Assembly (NCBI GenBank): GCA_963693365.1
Contig: CAVNZM010000011.1
Coordinates: forward strand, 5,351,921-5,415,920
Length of the DNA stretch: 64,000 bases
Direction of reading: 5' to 3'
Origin: Amoebidium appalachense
Taxonomy: Eukaryota > Protista > Ichthyosporea
The notes under the pieces were generated by a model that saw nothing but the letters and a program-made list of their open reading frames with translations, had not been told where the DNA came from and ran no database searches. Shown piece after piece: positions 41,553-56,218 of the stretch (within the stretch, counting starts at the first letter, position 1; each line of letters starts with the position of its first letter). The position numbers were made by a program, and so were the translations under genes.

Positions 41553-42029
41553 ACGCGTGTGTGTGGGCGTGCGTTTATGAATGTGTGTTCATGTGTGCAT
41601 GTGCGTGTGTGCGTGTGTGTTTTTCTGCTTTTTTTGTTGTTGTTTTTTTTTTTTTTTTTTTTGGGGGGGGGGGGGGGGATGAAGGCACCATATGATCAGT
41701 GATGTTGAATGATCGTTAAGTAAAACCTACTTGTTTGCAACGTCAGCAATGAAAGGTTCCAGAACTTTTAATGCCGCATTCGCCTTGCCCAGTTTAAAGA
41801 ACACACCGAGCACCGCCAGGCCGTCCTTGTGTTTGATTGCCTCGCTGATATTGCCATATCTGGAGTTGTAGTGCACAAGGTGCAGCTCCATGGGCGTGGC
41901 CTTGCCGTTCAACCTGTGGGCAGTGTGATGGTGTTTGGGGTAAGTATATAGTTTTGCAGTCTCCCAAGCATCATGATAGTCTCAGAGCTTTGGGGAGTGC
42001 AAATGTCTAGGTTGGGGGAAGGGGAGAGG

Positions 42030-42060
<31 letters not shown>

Positions 42061-42691
42061 GACGGGGTTGGTTGGTTTGTCCCTTAGGCAACGGGCATCT
42101 CAGGCAAAGGAGGGGTGTGCCCAGGGGAGGAGTTGTAATCCATTTCGATAATAACTTGCATGGCATGAATAAGCCCGGGGTGAACTGCCATTGAACACGA
42201 GTGTTAGAAAAACCCCTGGGGCCGTGGTCTTCGGGACGAGTATAACTTGGATGTTAGATAGGGCGCGGTAATCCACAACAGTGTTTGGACGGACTCATCA
42301 TTAAGAAACCCCAAAACAATAAAAAAAAGGTAAGAATATAGCAAAATCGAAAAAAATATGTATGGACCAATTATTCTCGCACGATCGCACGATTAGCCAA
42401 ATGTAGAAATTTGGGCGGGAAGTTTTTGCGCGCAAAGAAAAAAACGTTTTTATAAAACAATAAAAAAGTAGGAATATGCCATTCCGTCTGCTCAAATCGA
42501 TGACAAAGACTCCGTGGGGAAAAGGACCGGGAAGGGGAAAGGGCATCTGGTGGTGGTGGTGGTTTGGGGGGGGGGGGGGAGGGGGGGGGGGAGGGAGGGA
42601 GGGAGGGCAGAGGGGGGAGGAGTAGGCGTTGAGAGCTAGGATGCAGGGGGGGGGGGGGGAGGGGTAAGTGGTGGTAGTGGTGGTGGTGTGT

Positions 42692-42722
<31 letters not shown>

Positions 42723-43705
42723 GGGGGGGGGGAGGGGGGAGGACGGGGGTTACATACGTGTGCTCAGAGCCTTCTGAATTCTTTGTGCTCCAGTGCATGT
42801 GGAATTGGGTGAGGATGTACGTGTCCTTGAGAGGTCCCATAGAGATTTTCATGGCATCGTTCCTGTCGAGCTTATTAAGAACGTTGACCTGATTCAGAAG
42901 AAAACGGTTAGAGCTCAAGGGCAACAGTGGGGAACTGCTAATCTCGCAAGAGGTCTTTTGAACGGCATCAAAACAGGATACACATACACTGCATGGTATC
43001 TGAGCGTGCAGAGAGCGACGTCCGCAGCTGTCTAAAATGTAATTGATTCTCTGATTACGGTACTACTCAAAGCGCTCACTATATCACGCCAGGTTGAGGG
43101 AAAACATGCATTTACACAAGCAAAAGTTCGAACAGAACAAAATTACTATCGTGCAACCAGGAAGAGAAAACGTACCAAACAATTACTATTATGAAAAGGC
43201 ACATCCCAGTAGGTATACGATAATAAACAATAAATCACTGTGATTGTCCTGGCTGGCCTCAGTTCAACTTCATATGCATAGTTAGGGAAGAGTATAATTG
43301 TAAGCCTGCGTGAAGTAAACAGGGAATAACAAAAAAAAAAATAATAAAAAAAATAAACAAGCAAATAAACCAAAAAAATAAATAAATGGTAACATAGATG
43401 GGCACGTGCGCACACACCTGCACCGTATGGCCGTTGTTGTGCACATCATAGAAATTCAACGCTGAGCTCGACGTGTCAATCTTAATCTCAAGTGCGTTCT
43501 TATCCCCCTTGCCCTGCTTCATTGCAATGGCCTTCGCTGCCTCAATGTTGATTGGCGACTGTTGTTTTCCAGCACATTTTTTTGGAAATTGTTCGGCCCA
43601 GTTCTCGTTGATAACTGGGTCATAGTTCCACGAGGCGCCAGCAGCAGCTGCGTTGGCGACAGAGAGGGAGCCTGCAAGGAGCAGGCATGCAGTTGGGAGG
43701 GCCAT
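39813..43705 (-). CDS. Secreted alpha-carbonic anhydrase, 5 exons, 305 aa
   Basis: Exons 43705-43418, 42888-42758, 41913-41731, 41147-41030 and 40010-39813, all in phase. Signal peptide [12 protein letters not shown].., QSPINI, NNGHT, Zn ligands QFHMHW and [28 protein letters not shown]. Confidence 0.95.
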
Positions 43706-43997
43706 GGTTTGACTTAAAAAAGTATATAACAAAGATATAGATGAGGAATCGGGAGGTAGGGCTTCGAAAGGACAATCTTTTTACGGAAAGAGCAAAGAGT
43801 GAGTGTCCTTTTGTGCTTGTTCGACAGAAGTAGAGAGCTGTGTGACGCATGGCCGCGTGGGGCGTCCACGGAATCCAGAAAATATGTGCGGATAAGTGGT
43901 ATGTATTTTTCGTGGCCTTGGGTCATGACTCATCACCCGGGCATTTTTACAACATTGTAATTATATAAAAGGGGAAATGGAAATGAAAATGTGTCTG

Positions 43998-44034
<37 letters not shown>

Positions 44035-44492
44035 CCGAGGGTTAGTCTAGTGTTGCCTTGCACACACCTGGGCGGCCCGTCCCCCGTGTTCACTGTCTAC
44101 ACGCAGCTATTTGATTGCTCGATATCTGATTGGCTTAGGTTAATGGGTAATCACCGTAAACCCCTTACAGCTAAAAAAAAAAACAAAAAAAAAACGCACT
44201 CCTCATTGAAGACATTATGATAATTTATCGTAGACTGCCACGCTACAGGTTTACAATACGACAAAAATAAATATTATTATAGCCATGATAATTGTGAAGT
44301 GAGTCACGTGATAGATCACTGCTGGCCAATTACCGTACAGGGCCGGACCTGGCAGCTTATGTAAGAAAAGGCAAGGTTAGGCGACACAAAAAAATAGTTG
44401 TTAAATCTCCCTAGAACATTCCGCCCAAATTTAGGTTCAGTAAACCTTTTTTAAGAAAACTCCAGGTTGAGGCCTTGAGGGGCCTACATACG

Positions 44493-44570
44493 AACACGTG
44501 CTCACACATACTAACACGTGTTCACACATGCTAACACGCGTTCCAACATGCTAACACGTGCTCACAAACA
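44493..44570. repeat. 20-bp minisatellite x4 containing CACGTG (E-box) cores, ~0.8 kb upstream of the carbonic anhydrase
   Basis: Unit aacacgtgctcacacatact with variants, repeated four times. Confidence 0.8.
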
Positions 44571-44962
44571 CCAATCAGATGATTCAGATGTACATACCTA
44601 CCGGAGCCTCACGTGTGCCAGTGTGCGCTGGTTTGAACTCGCCCACCGTGGCGCTTGCGCATGTAAGCACTTCAATCCTCTCTGCAACACCATTCATGAA
44701 ACCAGAGAATATTTTACGACAGAAGATAGCCTTGAACCTACAAAACCCAGATAGGTAACCTTTGCCATCCATTTTTACAGTGGCGTTGTGTGATTGAATC
44801 ATTAGAGTCAATACACTATGAACTTCAATACTACTGAATGTTCTTGCGCATGCCCGGCGACGGTGAGTCAGTGTTATTATGTCATACAACATGAATTCGT
44901 GAGCCCCCCTGCCGGTTCCCCCAGCCCCTCCCTCCCTCCCCTACCCCCCCTCCACCACCACA

Positions 44963-44994
<32 letters not shown>

Positions 44995-45223
44995 CCCCCC
45001 CCCCCCCCTCTCCCCCTCCCCCCGGGCCGTCTCGACAGCCCGTACTCATGCATGACCAAATAGCAAACACCGAAAACTTCGGGGTTAATAAAGCAGAGCA
45101 AAACACATGGTCCAGGCCATCCCCCCTCCCCCTCCGGAGTCCCCCCTCTCTCCTTCCTCCCTTTTTGAAATCTAGGTGGGCGTCCAGCACCACGACCCCC
45201 TCACCCAGCGTGCGTGCGTGCGT

Positions 45224-45254
<31 letters not shown>

Positions 45255-45260
45255 CATGGT

Positions 45261-45328
<68 letters not shown>

Positions 45329-46029
45329 TTGTGTGTTGTGTGTGTGTGTTTGTGTGTGCGTGCGTGTGTGTGCGTGTGTGTGTGTGTGTGCGTGTGTGTG
45401 TGTGTGTGTTTGTGTTTGTGTGTGTGTGAATCCGAATCCCGCTACCCCACTTTTCCCAACTCTCTGTCATACTCACTCCCCACGGGTCCCACGAGCCTAC
45501 TGGCACAACCTTCAACCCCCCCCCCCCCCCCCCCCTCCCCCCCCCCCCCCCTTCCCCTCCCTCCCCACCTCCCCTCTCTCCCATGATGTGCCACATCTAT
45601 TGGCCAGGCCGATTTTTAAATATGTTTGGTACACCGATCGCGAAGGCGAATTTTCCAGCTATTGCACAAATTCCTCAGTGGCATTGTTTTGCAAACAACC
45701 CACCTCTCCCCCCTTAAACCCTTCCCCCCCCCCCCCCCCCCCCCACCCCCACCCCATCCCAACCCCCACCCCCCGGCACCACGACCACCATCAGAGACAT
45801 ACCCAGAAAGAAAAGTGAAAAGCATACATTCCGTATCCACAACGAAGGCCACACCCGTGTGAGTACACACAGACACGCCACCAACTCACCCCACAAAACA
45901 TTATTTAAAGTGTATAATCGGTAGTTCAGCGCCCAAGACGATATACATGTATATTCTCCCCCCTCCCAACCCACCCACTCACCCACCCCCACCCCCCACC
46001 TACACCATAAATCCCATCGACCTATATAA

Positions 46030-46503
46030 TTAACCCTATGGAACCACCTTCCTCCCCTTCTCCCCCCCCCCCTGAAGGTTCCCCTCCTCCCCCCGTAGCT
46101 ACTCCACCAACTCCCCCCCCCCCCCCTCCCCCTTAACCAATCTACTGTAAGAACTCCACCTCCGCCCCTCCATCGCCCCCTCCATCCCCCCTCCATCCCC
46201 CCTCCATCCCCCTCTCCCCGACACTTCTGACCCATAATTTTCTGTTTTTCCTAGCCCATCGGTCCCACCACTTCCTTAAAAAATTCAAAGCCATTGGAGC
46301 TGCATAGTCTACAAACTGTAACCAAGAAGAGTGTGTGTACTGCCCTGACTTTAGTTCGCTGTAGTTACCAGAGAGGAAGGGAAGAAATGGTTAGGGAGGT
46401 TGATACGATCATACGGGGGAATGTAGGGGAAGGGAGGGGGAGGGCGGGCGGGGATGGGTTTTTGTTTTTGTGGTGGTGGTGGTGGTGGTGGTGGGTGGGT
46501 GTG

Positions 46504-46536
<33 letters not shown>

Positions 46537-46757
46537 AGAGGGACTGGGGGATCCGGAGCTGGGGGGTTTGGGGTGGAGGCACCTAAGTCCATACGCCGGA
46601 AGTCCCCGCGCACCTGATTGGACAAAACACGATCCGATGACGTAAAATCAGGGGAGAACGATTCGATCCCCAAGCGACATAAAGGGGCCGTCACTTTAGC
46701 GGGGGGTTGGGGGGGCGGCAACCCCCCCATTAAGGGCCCAGACACACATAGGGTTAT
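46030..46757. mobile_element. Candidate piggyBac-type non-autonomous element
   Basis: TTAA-CCCTATG at the left end and CATAGGG-TTAT at the right end (10-bp inverted repeat taaccctatg/catagggtta). Confidence 0.35.
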
Positions 46758-47310
46758 GGTTATTGGGTTTATGTTTTTTATTTTAGTAAATTATTATCAA
46801 TTATTGTATTTTTTTAGCCGGTTATCATCCGATCTCCCTATACCTAGGGCTTCCTTCGTATAGACCTACCTCGGGTGGAGGGTGTGGGGAGGGGTGGGTG
46901 AGAGCTGAGACTTTGGGGGGAAGGGGGGGCGGGGGGAGGGGGGGGGGGGGGGGGGATGGGGGGCAGGTCAATAAACTATAAAAGTGAGGAGGATATCCTT
47001 GGCCGGTGATTTATATGGGTTGACTCTCTGAGTTCGATAGCATGAGATCATACACGTAATCGATTTTGTATATATGTGCAGGTGGTGCAATCGATATGGA
47101 AATCCTCCAATCGTTGAAACCCAACTTGGCATTAATTGCCATATATGGGCGTTAGGTATTTCCACAGTGTTTCTTTCATTATGCTATAAGGATATTTTGC
47201 TCAATTATCAGGAAAGATATTGAGAAACCGGTGACAGTCTAACTTGAAATGGCTGTATATTTACCTTTGTAAGGACAAAACCCCGAGGCAGTTTAATTCC
47301 TGTGTGCTTC

Positions 47311-47350
<40 letters not shown>

Positions 47351-47600
47351 CCCCCTCCCTCCCTCAACTTTTGGTGGCAGCCCGGCTATCACCTCGGGTT
47401 CCCCTCCCGCCCTCCCGCCCTCCCCCCCTCCACCCACCCCCACTCCCCATATTGTCTGTTATGATGCTCACTAACCGTTATGCCGGACTACAATAGTTCT
47501 GCCCCTTCAAAATTTGTAATCTGTGGTAGTACTGTAGTAAATTGCATTAGCCCCCCCCCCCCCACCCCACCCCCCCAACCACCACCACCACCACCCGGTC

Positions 47601-47648
<48 letters not shown>

Positions 47649-47657
47649 AAAAAAAAG

Positions 47658-47688
<31 letters not shown>

Positions 47689-47991
47689 CTCCGCATGCGC
47701 CCTCGAAAACACAACCGGGGAGAAGGGGGTAAGAGAAGGGAACTCAATGTGTATGTGCTGGCCTCTGTGTGTGAGGAAGAGAGGGGGGATTTAGGGGATG
47801 GAGGTGGGTGGGCTGGGGACAGGAGGGGGGGGGGGGGAGGGGGGATAGACATGAGAATGATAGTCTTTAGGGGGGCTCTGACCAGATTTTCGTCTACATT
47901 GCAGCCTTATAAGCGGCCACTGCTGTTGTAGTACGGGGCCGTGGGCGTGTGTTTTTGTGTTTGTGATTGTGTGCATGTGCTTGTGTGTGTA

Positions 47992-48044
<53 letters not shown>

Positions 48045-49253
48045 TGTGTCAGTGTGTGTGTGTGTGCGTGCCACGCGCGCGTAGGCACCCGTGGGTGTGT
48101 GTATCATGACCGGGACTGTGTGTGAGAGGGTGAGTGTTTGTGTGAAAGTGTGTGTGTGTCTGTGTGTGTGTGCGCGCGTGCCTGCTTGTGTTCCTTTGCA
48201 AATGACGGTTATTGAATCGTTTGTGCAGGGTGGAGGGAGGGGGAGGAGGGGAGGGGGGGAGGGGGGGAGGGGGTAACTTGGTGGGTGGGTCGGTGGTGTG
48301 GGTGGGTGGGTGGGTGAAAGGGGGCTGGATGGGGGCTGGGGGTGGTGGCGGGGGGAGGGGGGGGAGGGGGGAGAGGGGGGAGGGGGGAGGGGGGGGGAGG
48401 GGGGGGGCAGAGGGATTACTTGAATGTAGTACGGTTGAGGCGGGGAGGAATGGTTTTATGGCAAAGAGCATAGGATAAAAGAAATTACGTACATGCACAT
48501 ATAATGCCTGAAGGGGTCATATGTTACATTGAGTGGTGATGGGTTTGGAGCAAAATGGTCGAAGAGGTGAACCCTGTCCATAAGAGTGCATTTTAAAGAC
48601 TTTCTTTCTTTCTTTTTTTTTTTTCATGAGGTGAAGGGTGTATTTGAGGGCAGGAATGGGGAGAGGGGAGCCTCGGAGGGGGAGCAAGGTGGGTAGGTGG
48701 TGGATATGTGTGCTGGTCGTGCCAGTTGTACCAAAAAGTATCATGTTTTGGGCAGGGCGTGAAGGTGCATGTGAGGGGGGGGGGGGGAGGGAGGGGGGGA
48801 GGGAGGGGGGGGGGGGGGGAGGGAGAAGGGGAGAGAGGGAAGGGGGAAGGGGGGGGAAGAGGGGGGTACGACAAACTTGTGACACCATTGTTCCGGGTCT
48901 ATGTCTTTACAGAGGGTGACCAAAACGTGCAAAGAATAAATTGAATGGATTCTAATACAGTGTCTTTATGTATCATGTGACTATGTTTCCCTAAGTCTTT
49001 AAATACTGAGGGCATAGGAGGTAAAGGTGGGAGGGGAGGACGGGAGGGGGGGGGGGGGGGGGGGAGAGGTGTGTGTGTGCTCCTTTTGGGGGGGGGGGGG
49101 GGGGGGGAGGGGTTGAATTTCCGTGGTACACCAAAATGCCATGATGTATGTTCCGAAACACGTGTGGAACGGTGTACGTACATAATTTAGCCTGAGCATC
49201 GCAGTGGTGTTTTAACATTCAACGCCACAGCACACGCGTGTGTGTTTGTGTGA

Positions 49254-49314
<61 letters not shown>

Positions 49315-49501
49315 TGTGTGCATGCGTATGTGTGTGCAAGTGAGCTAGTGTGTGTGTGTGCGTGCGTGCATGTGAGTGAGTGATTGTGCGTGTTAGTGCG
49401 TGTGTGTGTAAGCAAGTGAGTGAGTGAGTGAGTGTGTGTGAGAGTGTGTGTGTGTGTGTGTGAGTGAGTGTGAGTGAGTATGAGTGTGTGTGAGTGTGTG
49501 A

Positions 49502-49555
<54 letters not shown>

Positions 49556-51322
49556 AGAGAGAGTGTGTGTGAAGTGAGTTGTTTGCTAGTATGTGTGGCG
49601 GGTGTGTGTGAAGCCTGGTGTGAGATGTGTGTGTGAAGCGTGTATTTATATGCTATGGTGTGTGTGTATGTGTATGTGTAATAGTGTGAACGAAGTGTGT
49701 GAAGCGAATGAGTTTATGTGTGCACGCGCACACACGGGCGGGTGTATGTGCTCCTTATGTGTCCAATGTGATGGTGTTCAAATGGTGTTTTAGTGGGTAG
49801 GGGGATAGGGGGGGGGGGGGGGGGGGGGCTAATATAGGGTTGGATGAGGGTGCTAGTTTTTTTTTTGTGTGTGTGTGTGTGTGTTGGGGGGGGGGGGGTA
49901 GGAGAGGGGGTGAAGGGGGGGGGAAGATGGTGGGGGGGAAGAGAGGTGGAGAGGGGGGAATGGGGATAAGGGCATGTAGGTGGTCTGATGTAAGATATCG
50001 ATCAGTATTCGGGAGATATAACGGAAATGAGGGGACACACCCCCATACATGAAATTGGGCCACAAACACGGTTGATTGGCTCGTGATTTATTGTCACGTA
50101 CCACATCGGTAAAACTTTGATAAAGGTTCTGAACTCGCGGGAGTGCCGACCGTGACTCCCCCACCCTTGCCTCTCTCCCCCTCCCCCTCCCCTCCCCCCC
50201 TTCCCCCCCTCGCCCCCACCCCCGCCTCCCCCAAGATTAAATGTTGAGAACCATAAGCCTCAGGCACACGTATGTGCATATCCATAACGTAGCAAATGAA
50301 TTCAGAGGGTGAATCGGATTGCACTTTACTTGTACTGGTTAGAGTGCAAGATGCTGCTGGTGCATTGAAGTTTCACTGCAAACAAAGGGGGGTTTATGTG
50401 TGGTTGCAGATTTGCAGTGATAATAACTGATCCTTCAAAGTTTCTCGATCCAAATGATCCCACGAGAAACGGAACCCCCGGGTAGGGGGGAGGGGGAGGG
50501 GGGAGGGGGAGGGGGGAGGGGGAGAGAAGAATTCAACGCTGGGAGGAGGGGGGAATGGATCTGGTCTTGTGGGAGCATGGTGGAGGGGTGCGTGGGGGGG
50601 GGGAGGGTGGGGTCTGTGCTCTCAATGTATGAAAAAAAAATCGGTAACAGCAACAGTAAAGCAACAAATAACAGTTTCTGGACATTGGGAGGGTATGCCT
50701 AAAGAGAACGAACGGGCGCGGGAGAGGGGGGGGGGGGGGGGGGGGGGGGGAGAAGGGGGGGGAGGGGGGGGGATGGGGGGGAGGAGGAGGGGGCGGGGGG
50801 GGGGGGGGGGGGGAGGGGGGGGGAGGGGGGGGGGGGGGAGGGTGGGATGGGGTTCCGAAGAATCATGGCTTCTGGGACGGGTACTCCCATCCTTCCCCCC
50901 ACGATTTATGCTTAAAGTGTATCATAAGCACAACTCCATGATTTACAAGAGTTGCTCCGAATCATCTAAGCAACACATGCGAACTTTCCAGACCCCCCCC
51001 CTTCCCCTCCACCGCCCCTACCCCACCTCCCCTCCCACTCCACCCCCCTGATCCCCCCCCCTTTCCCCGTGCCTTCCTTCTTTTTCTCTTTTCTTCCTTC
51101 CTTCCTTTTATTTTCCCTTCATAATCTCTTTCTGCCTTTTTTTTTTTTTTTGAGAGGGGGGGGGGGGGGGAGAGGGGGAGGGGGAGGGGAGGTGGGGGGG
51201 GGGGGGGGGGGGAGGGGGGGAACTTTCCACTTTTTTCCTCTTTTCTTCCTTCCTTCATTCTTTTTCACTTCATAATCTCTTTCTGTCTTTCTTTTTTCTT
51301 TCTTTCTTTCTTTTTTTTTTTT

Positions 51323-51353
<31 letters not shown>

Positions 51354-52733
51354 GGGGGTGCAAAACTGCTTTGGAGTAGAATAGCCTCGGGTTCTGAAAA
51401 CTTCTGTTACCCCCCCCCCCCCCCCCCCCCCTCCCCCCTCAGCTCCCCTCACCCGTACCTTCCCCTCCCCCCACACCCCCCCCACCCTTCCCCTATCCCC
51501 ACCTTCCCCTTCACTCACCCCCTCCTCCCCCCTCCCCCCCCCCCCCCCAACAAACACACACACACACACACACATCCACACCTCCCCCGTCCCCTAACCA
51601 CCTTCCTCTTAACCCCCCCCCCCCCCCCCCCCCCCTCCCCCTTTCCCCAATAAAACGCAAAGAACGGGCAGAGTCACAGTGATGTAGTTATGTGAAAGTA
51701 GCACTATATTGTACAGACAGTATAGAATGAGACCCGTCAGCTGTGCCACGTATATTTCGGCTTTTCCGATTTTTTTTTTTTTCAGTTTCACAAATATACT
51801 CTCCCCGCAGGGAGGGATTCACATTCGGCTGGGAACCAGAAAACTCCCAACGGGAACAAGGAATTTTCTGGTTGGTCTACTACAAATAGACACGATAATC
51901 TGATTGGTCTATACAGGAATAAATACTATTGGTTCAACATAACACTTTCTATTGGCTAAATACGCATTCACACCATATATGGTAAATACAAGGAATGTGG
52001 CTTCTCCTCAACCGTACCAGATTCAGGTGAAGTGTGGCGGCTCTGATATTCCCCCTCCCCCCCCCCCCCCCTCCGCGGCCTCCCCCCCCACCGGCCTCCC
52101 TCCCTCCCCCCCCCCCCCTCCCCCCCAAATGCACACACGCAGACACAATTTACCTCCCTCTGCACCCCTCCCCTCAGCCTCCCCCATCCCCCCCCCCCCC
52201 CCCCCCCCTCCATCTCTCGCCCTTCCCCCCCACCCAAAAAAAAAAAAGGAAAAAAAAATGACTTCTTCATTTTTCTATCCAACATTCCATCAGACAATGT
52301 GTTAAGCCCTCTCCTTAATTCTTCCAAGTTTTCAAAGTATCGATCACCTAACACTTTTTCTTTTCCTTCTCCTTCTCCCCTCTTCCCCCCCCCCCCCCAC
52401 CCCCCTCCCCCCCAACCCTCACCACCCAGCCACCCAACCACCCACCGAACCCCATTGCCCCTTCCCCCCACTCCCCCCTCACCCCCCCCCAAAAAAACAC
52501 ACACACACTTCTTTTGTGTGCGTGTGTGCTTGGTGGTGCACATCAATTTGGCTCTTACGTAAACCAACAGGCCAAGATTTCCCTTGTTGTTGACAATCGC
52601 TCATTCGAGAATCTTTCCCATTTTCCATAGAGCCGACCCAGGCACATCGTCCAATCACTACCCACGTTGAAAAAGCCCATTAGATGATTGGACCAATGAA
52701 AGGTTGTTCCGGGCCCCAGCCCATGAATCCCGA

Positions 52734-52764
<31 letters not shown>

Positions 52765-53576
52765 GATATGTGTCCTTATATGAGCTTTTTCGACGAGTGT
52801 TCAACTCTCTATTAGTGAAACAGCAAAGCGCAACAACATATTAAGATGAAAATCACTGAACGCCTTTAATGAACATTAAAGTATGAACTTCTGGGCGAAA
52901 AAGAAAGTAGATAGATTGGTGGGATGGGATGGCAGAGGGAGAAACGGAAAAGGGGATGAGGGTGAAGGGCAAGAGTGGCCATGGCGGTGTTGATGGTGGT
53001 GCTGAGGGGGAAAGAGGGGGGAGGGGGAGGGGGGGTGGGGGGCTGGGGGGTTGGGGAGGGTGGGTGGGTGGTGCTGGTGGTGGTGACGGTGGTGGGAGGA
53101 GGGAAGGGGAAGGGGGGGGGGGGGGGGGTGTTAGGAAGGGGGAGTGGTGAGGAGGAGGAGGATGGGGGGGATGGGGAGGGGGTAGGGGGAGGGGGTAGGG
53201 GGGACTGGTTGCCCTGGGAGTGAGAGAAGGTAAAAGGGAGTGTTGGAGCTACGGTTTAGCTGAGACATAAAGGGGGGGGGAGTGGGGGGAGGGGGGGATG
53301 GAGGGATCGGTGCAGCTGCCCGGGGATGGGGTGATGGTTGGGTAGGGAGATGATAGCCTCCGGGGTGTGTGTGTGGAGGGCCGCGGAAGGAGGGGGGGGG
53401 GAGAGGGGGGGGGGGGGAGGGGGGGGGGGGGGGGGAGGGGAGGGGGGGAACTACGGCGAACTGGGAAAGGGGATTCGAAAAAGGCAGAAGAAGGGTAAAA
53501 CCGTTACATGTACAGACTCGCAATACCTAGGGGGCAAGAAGGGCCGGTGAGGCAGGGGTGTGTTTTGTGTGTGTGT

Positions 53577-53630
<54 letters not shown>

Positions 53631-54356
53631 TGAAGTACCATCTGCACATTACAGTATCGCACGAAACCCCCCACAACCCCCCCCCCCACTGCCTTCCTCT
53701 TTTCCTTATTCCGTATTCCCCTTTCCACTTGCAGCCCCAACGGTTACCCCAGTTTTTGGATTCTCTCTTTCCCACCCCCCGCCCCCCCCACCCCCCTCCC
53801 CCCCCCCCCCCCCCCCCCCCCTCCCCTCCCCCCGGCGTCTCTTCATCTCATCCCCCCCCTCCCCCCCCCCCCTTTCCCGCAGCCCCCGGAAAGAAAAAAA
53901 CGCCTCCATCGTCTATCCGGGTCCTCTCTTCCTCTGTCTAATTTCTGCCTCCACTGCGGCCCTGCACCTACTCCTTCTCCCCCAGTTATTCTTCCGATTG
54001 CGACCCCCCTGAAACCCCATTTTACCCCTCTGCCTCCTCTATTTGGATCGTCTCTTTGGAGTGTTTGTCTCAATTTTCATGTTTTTTACCTTTTTTTTGC
54101 CTTTTTTTTTGATTTCTTCAATTTATCCGGTTTTAGTTTACAGAGGCTATGGTCTTTCAATTGGCTCTGCCTATACCCCCAGTGGTATATAGCTACGCAG
54201 AATACTGATATACATATACATGCTTCTACCTGTATTAAAGTATACAATTAATCTCTCTACGTTCCTTTGTGTTAAGAGAGTGTTCTTTCTGGCCCAAACC
54301 CGCATATGCATAGATAAAGTGTGTATGCAGACAAGTGAACGTTTGTGATCACATCT

Positions 54357-54476
<120 letters not shown>

Positions 54477-54752
54477 GTGTGCTGGCCATGGGCACATGTA
54501 CGTGTGTCGACCCACGCGCGGGGGGGGGGGGGGGGGGGGAGGGGAGGGACGGGAGGGAGGGAGTGAAAATGAGAATGCAGGGTGCGGGGGGATGAGAAGA
54601 GAGAGCGGAGAAGGGGGAGAGAGAGAGAGAGAGGGGGATAGAAGGGGGAGGGGGGGGGGGGGATTGAGAGGTAGAGGGGGGAGTGGCGGAGTCCTAAGAA
54701 ATGTTGGAAACGGGAAAGGGAGAGGAAGTACTTTTGTGTTTGTGTGTGTGTG

Positions 54753-54812
<60 letters not shown>

Positions 54813-54925
54813 GTGCGTGTGTGTGTGTGTGTGTGAGCGCGTGCGGGTGTGAGTGTGTATGCGCGTGTGTTTGTCGTTTTTGTGTTCTCTGGTTATAAAA
54901 ACGTGTGTGTCAGTGTACAGGGCAT

Positions 54926-54974
<49 letters not shown>

Positions 54975-54976
54975 TA

Positions 54977-55068
<92 letters not shown>

Positions 55069-55353
55069 TGTAGTGTATGCGTGTGCTTTGAACCCCGTGT
55101 GTTGTGTGAGCGTGGGTGCCAGAGTGTGTGAATGTCCGACCATATACATGTGCGTGCATGCACGTGCCGTGTGTACCGTGTCTGGGCCTGACTAACTGAT
55201 GATTAATGTGTATGTGAGTGTGGAGCTGTGAATGTGTGTATGTCTATGTTGGGTTGTCAGTGATTTTACTAAATGTGCATGCGTGGGTGGGTTATGCAGG
55301 CGTGTGCGGTGGAACTGTGTATGTAGACCACAGGGGTGGTTGGTCTCGAGGTT

Positions 55354-55385
<32 letters not shown>

Positions 55386-55637
55386 CCCCCCCCCCCCCCC
55401 CTCCCCCCTTCCCCACACGCACACCCACACCACACACGGCCACCTACCCGCCCGAACATTATCACTGCTGTTATTAGGGTTTTCCCCGAGTCACTGAAAC
55501 ACAGGCGCACCAAGAGTTGCATTTTTGGATGATTTTTGAGGCAAACAGGTGCAAGTGGTAGGGTGAAAACTGTTCAAAAGTAAAGCTCTTGAGAGCCACA
55601 ACGCGGACAGCGCGCCAAATCCGTGAAGCGCTCCCAG

Positions 55638-55754
55638 CCAATCGCATAGCTCTAGCAGATCAGCTATCCAATCAGCGATTGTTTACATTCACGCAATGAT
55701 TTGATTGGATAAAAATGCACCGCCCAATCTTAGGGCAGGCACCAGGGACCAATC
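55638..55754. promoter_or_regulatory. Cluster of five CCAATC/GATTGG boxes upstream of the metalloprotease gene
   Basis: Boxes at 55638, 55668, 55703, 55724 and 55749, 21-35 bp apart, ~470 bp before the ATG at 56219. Confidence 0.5.
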
Positions 55755-56218
55755 AAATGGCTTCGCGGTTTGGCTCACGGAAGCAGCTCTGTGCAAAACT
55801 TGCGCAAAGCCTCTGATTTTCAGTGCAATCACTCTTACAAGGCTTCATGTGTGTTCAAAAAAACAGGGGCACACACGCGCACAGATGCGTCGATGGGCAT
55901 AGTTCTGTGATGTATGTGTTTCCAGCTTCACATAAAACACCGCGTGCATACATCACTTCACACACACATGCACGTTGTGCATTCTGGTGACAGCTGTGTT
56001 CGCTTGCCTTTTTTTTGAATACCTCACGCATATTCCAATGTAAACAAAAAACCCTTGAGGAATTGCACGCACTTGTTTTATTGACACCTATTTGAGAAAC
56101 GCTTACCATAACAACCGATTTACAACACAGCTCGTCGATTAGCACCTTTATAGGAGACTTGCATTTTAGACATCTCCACTTCCCTCCACGAGAGGTGGTT
56201 ACAAACACACACTTAAAA

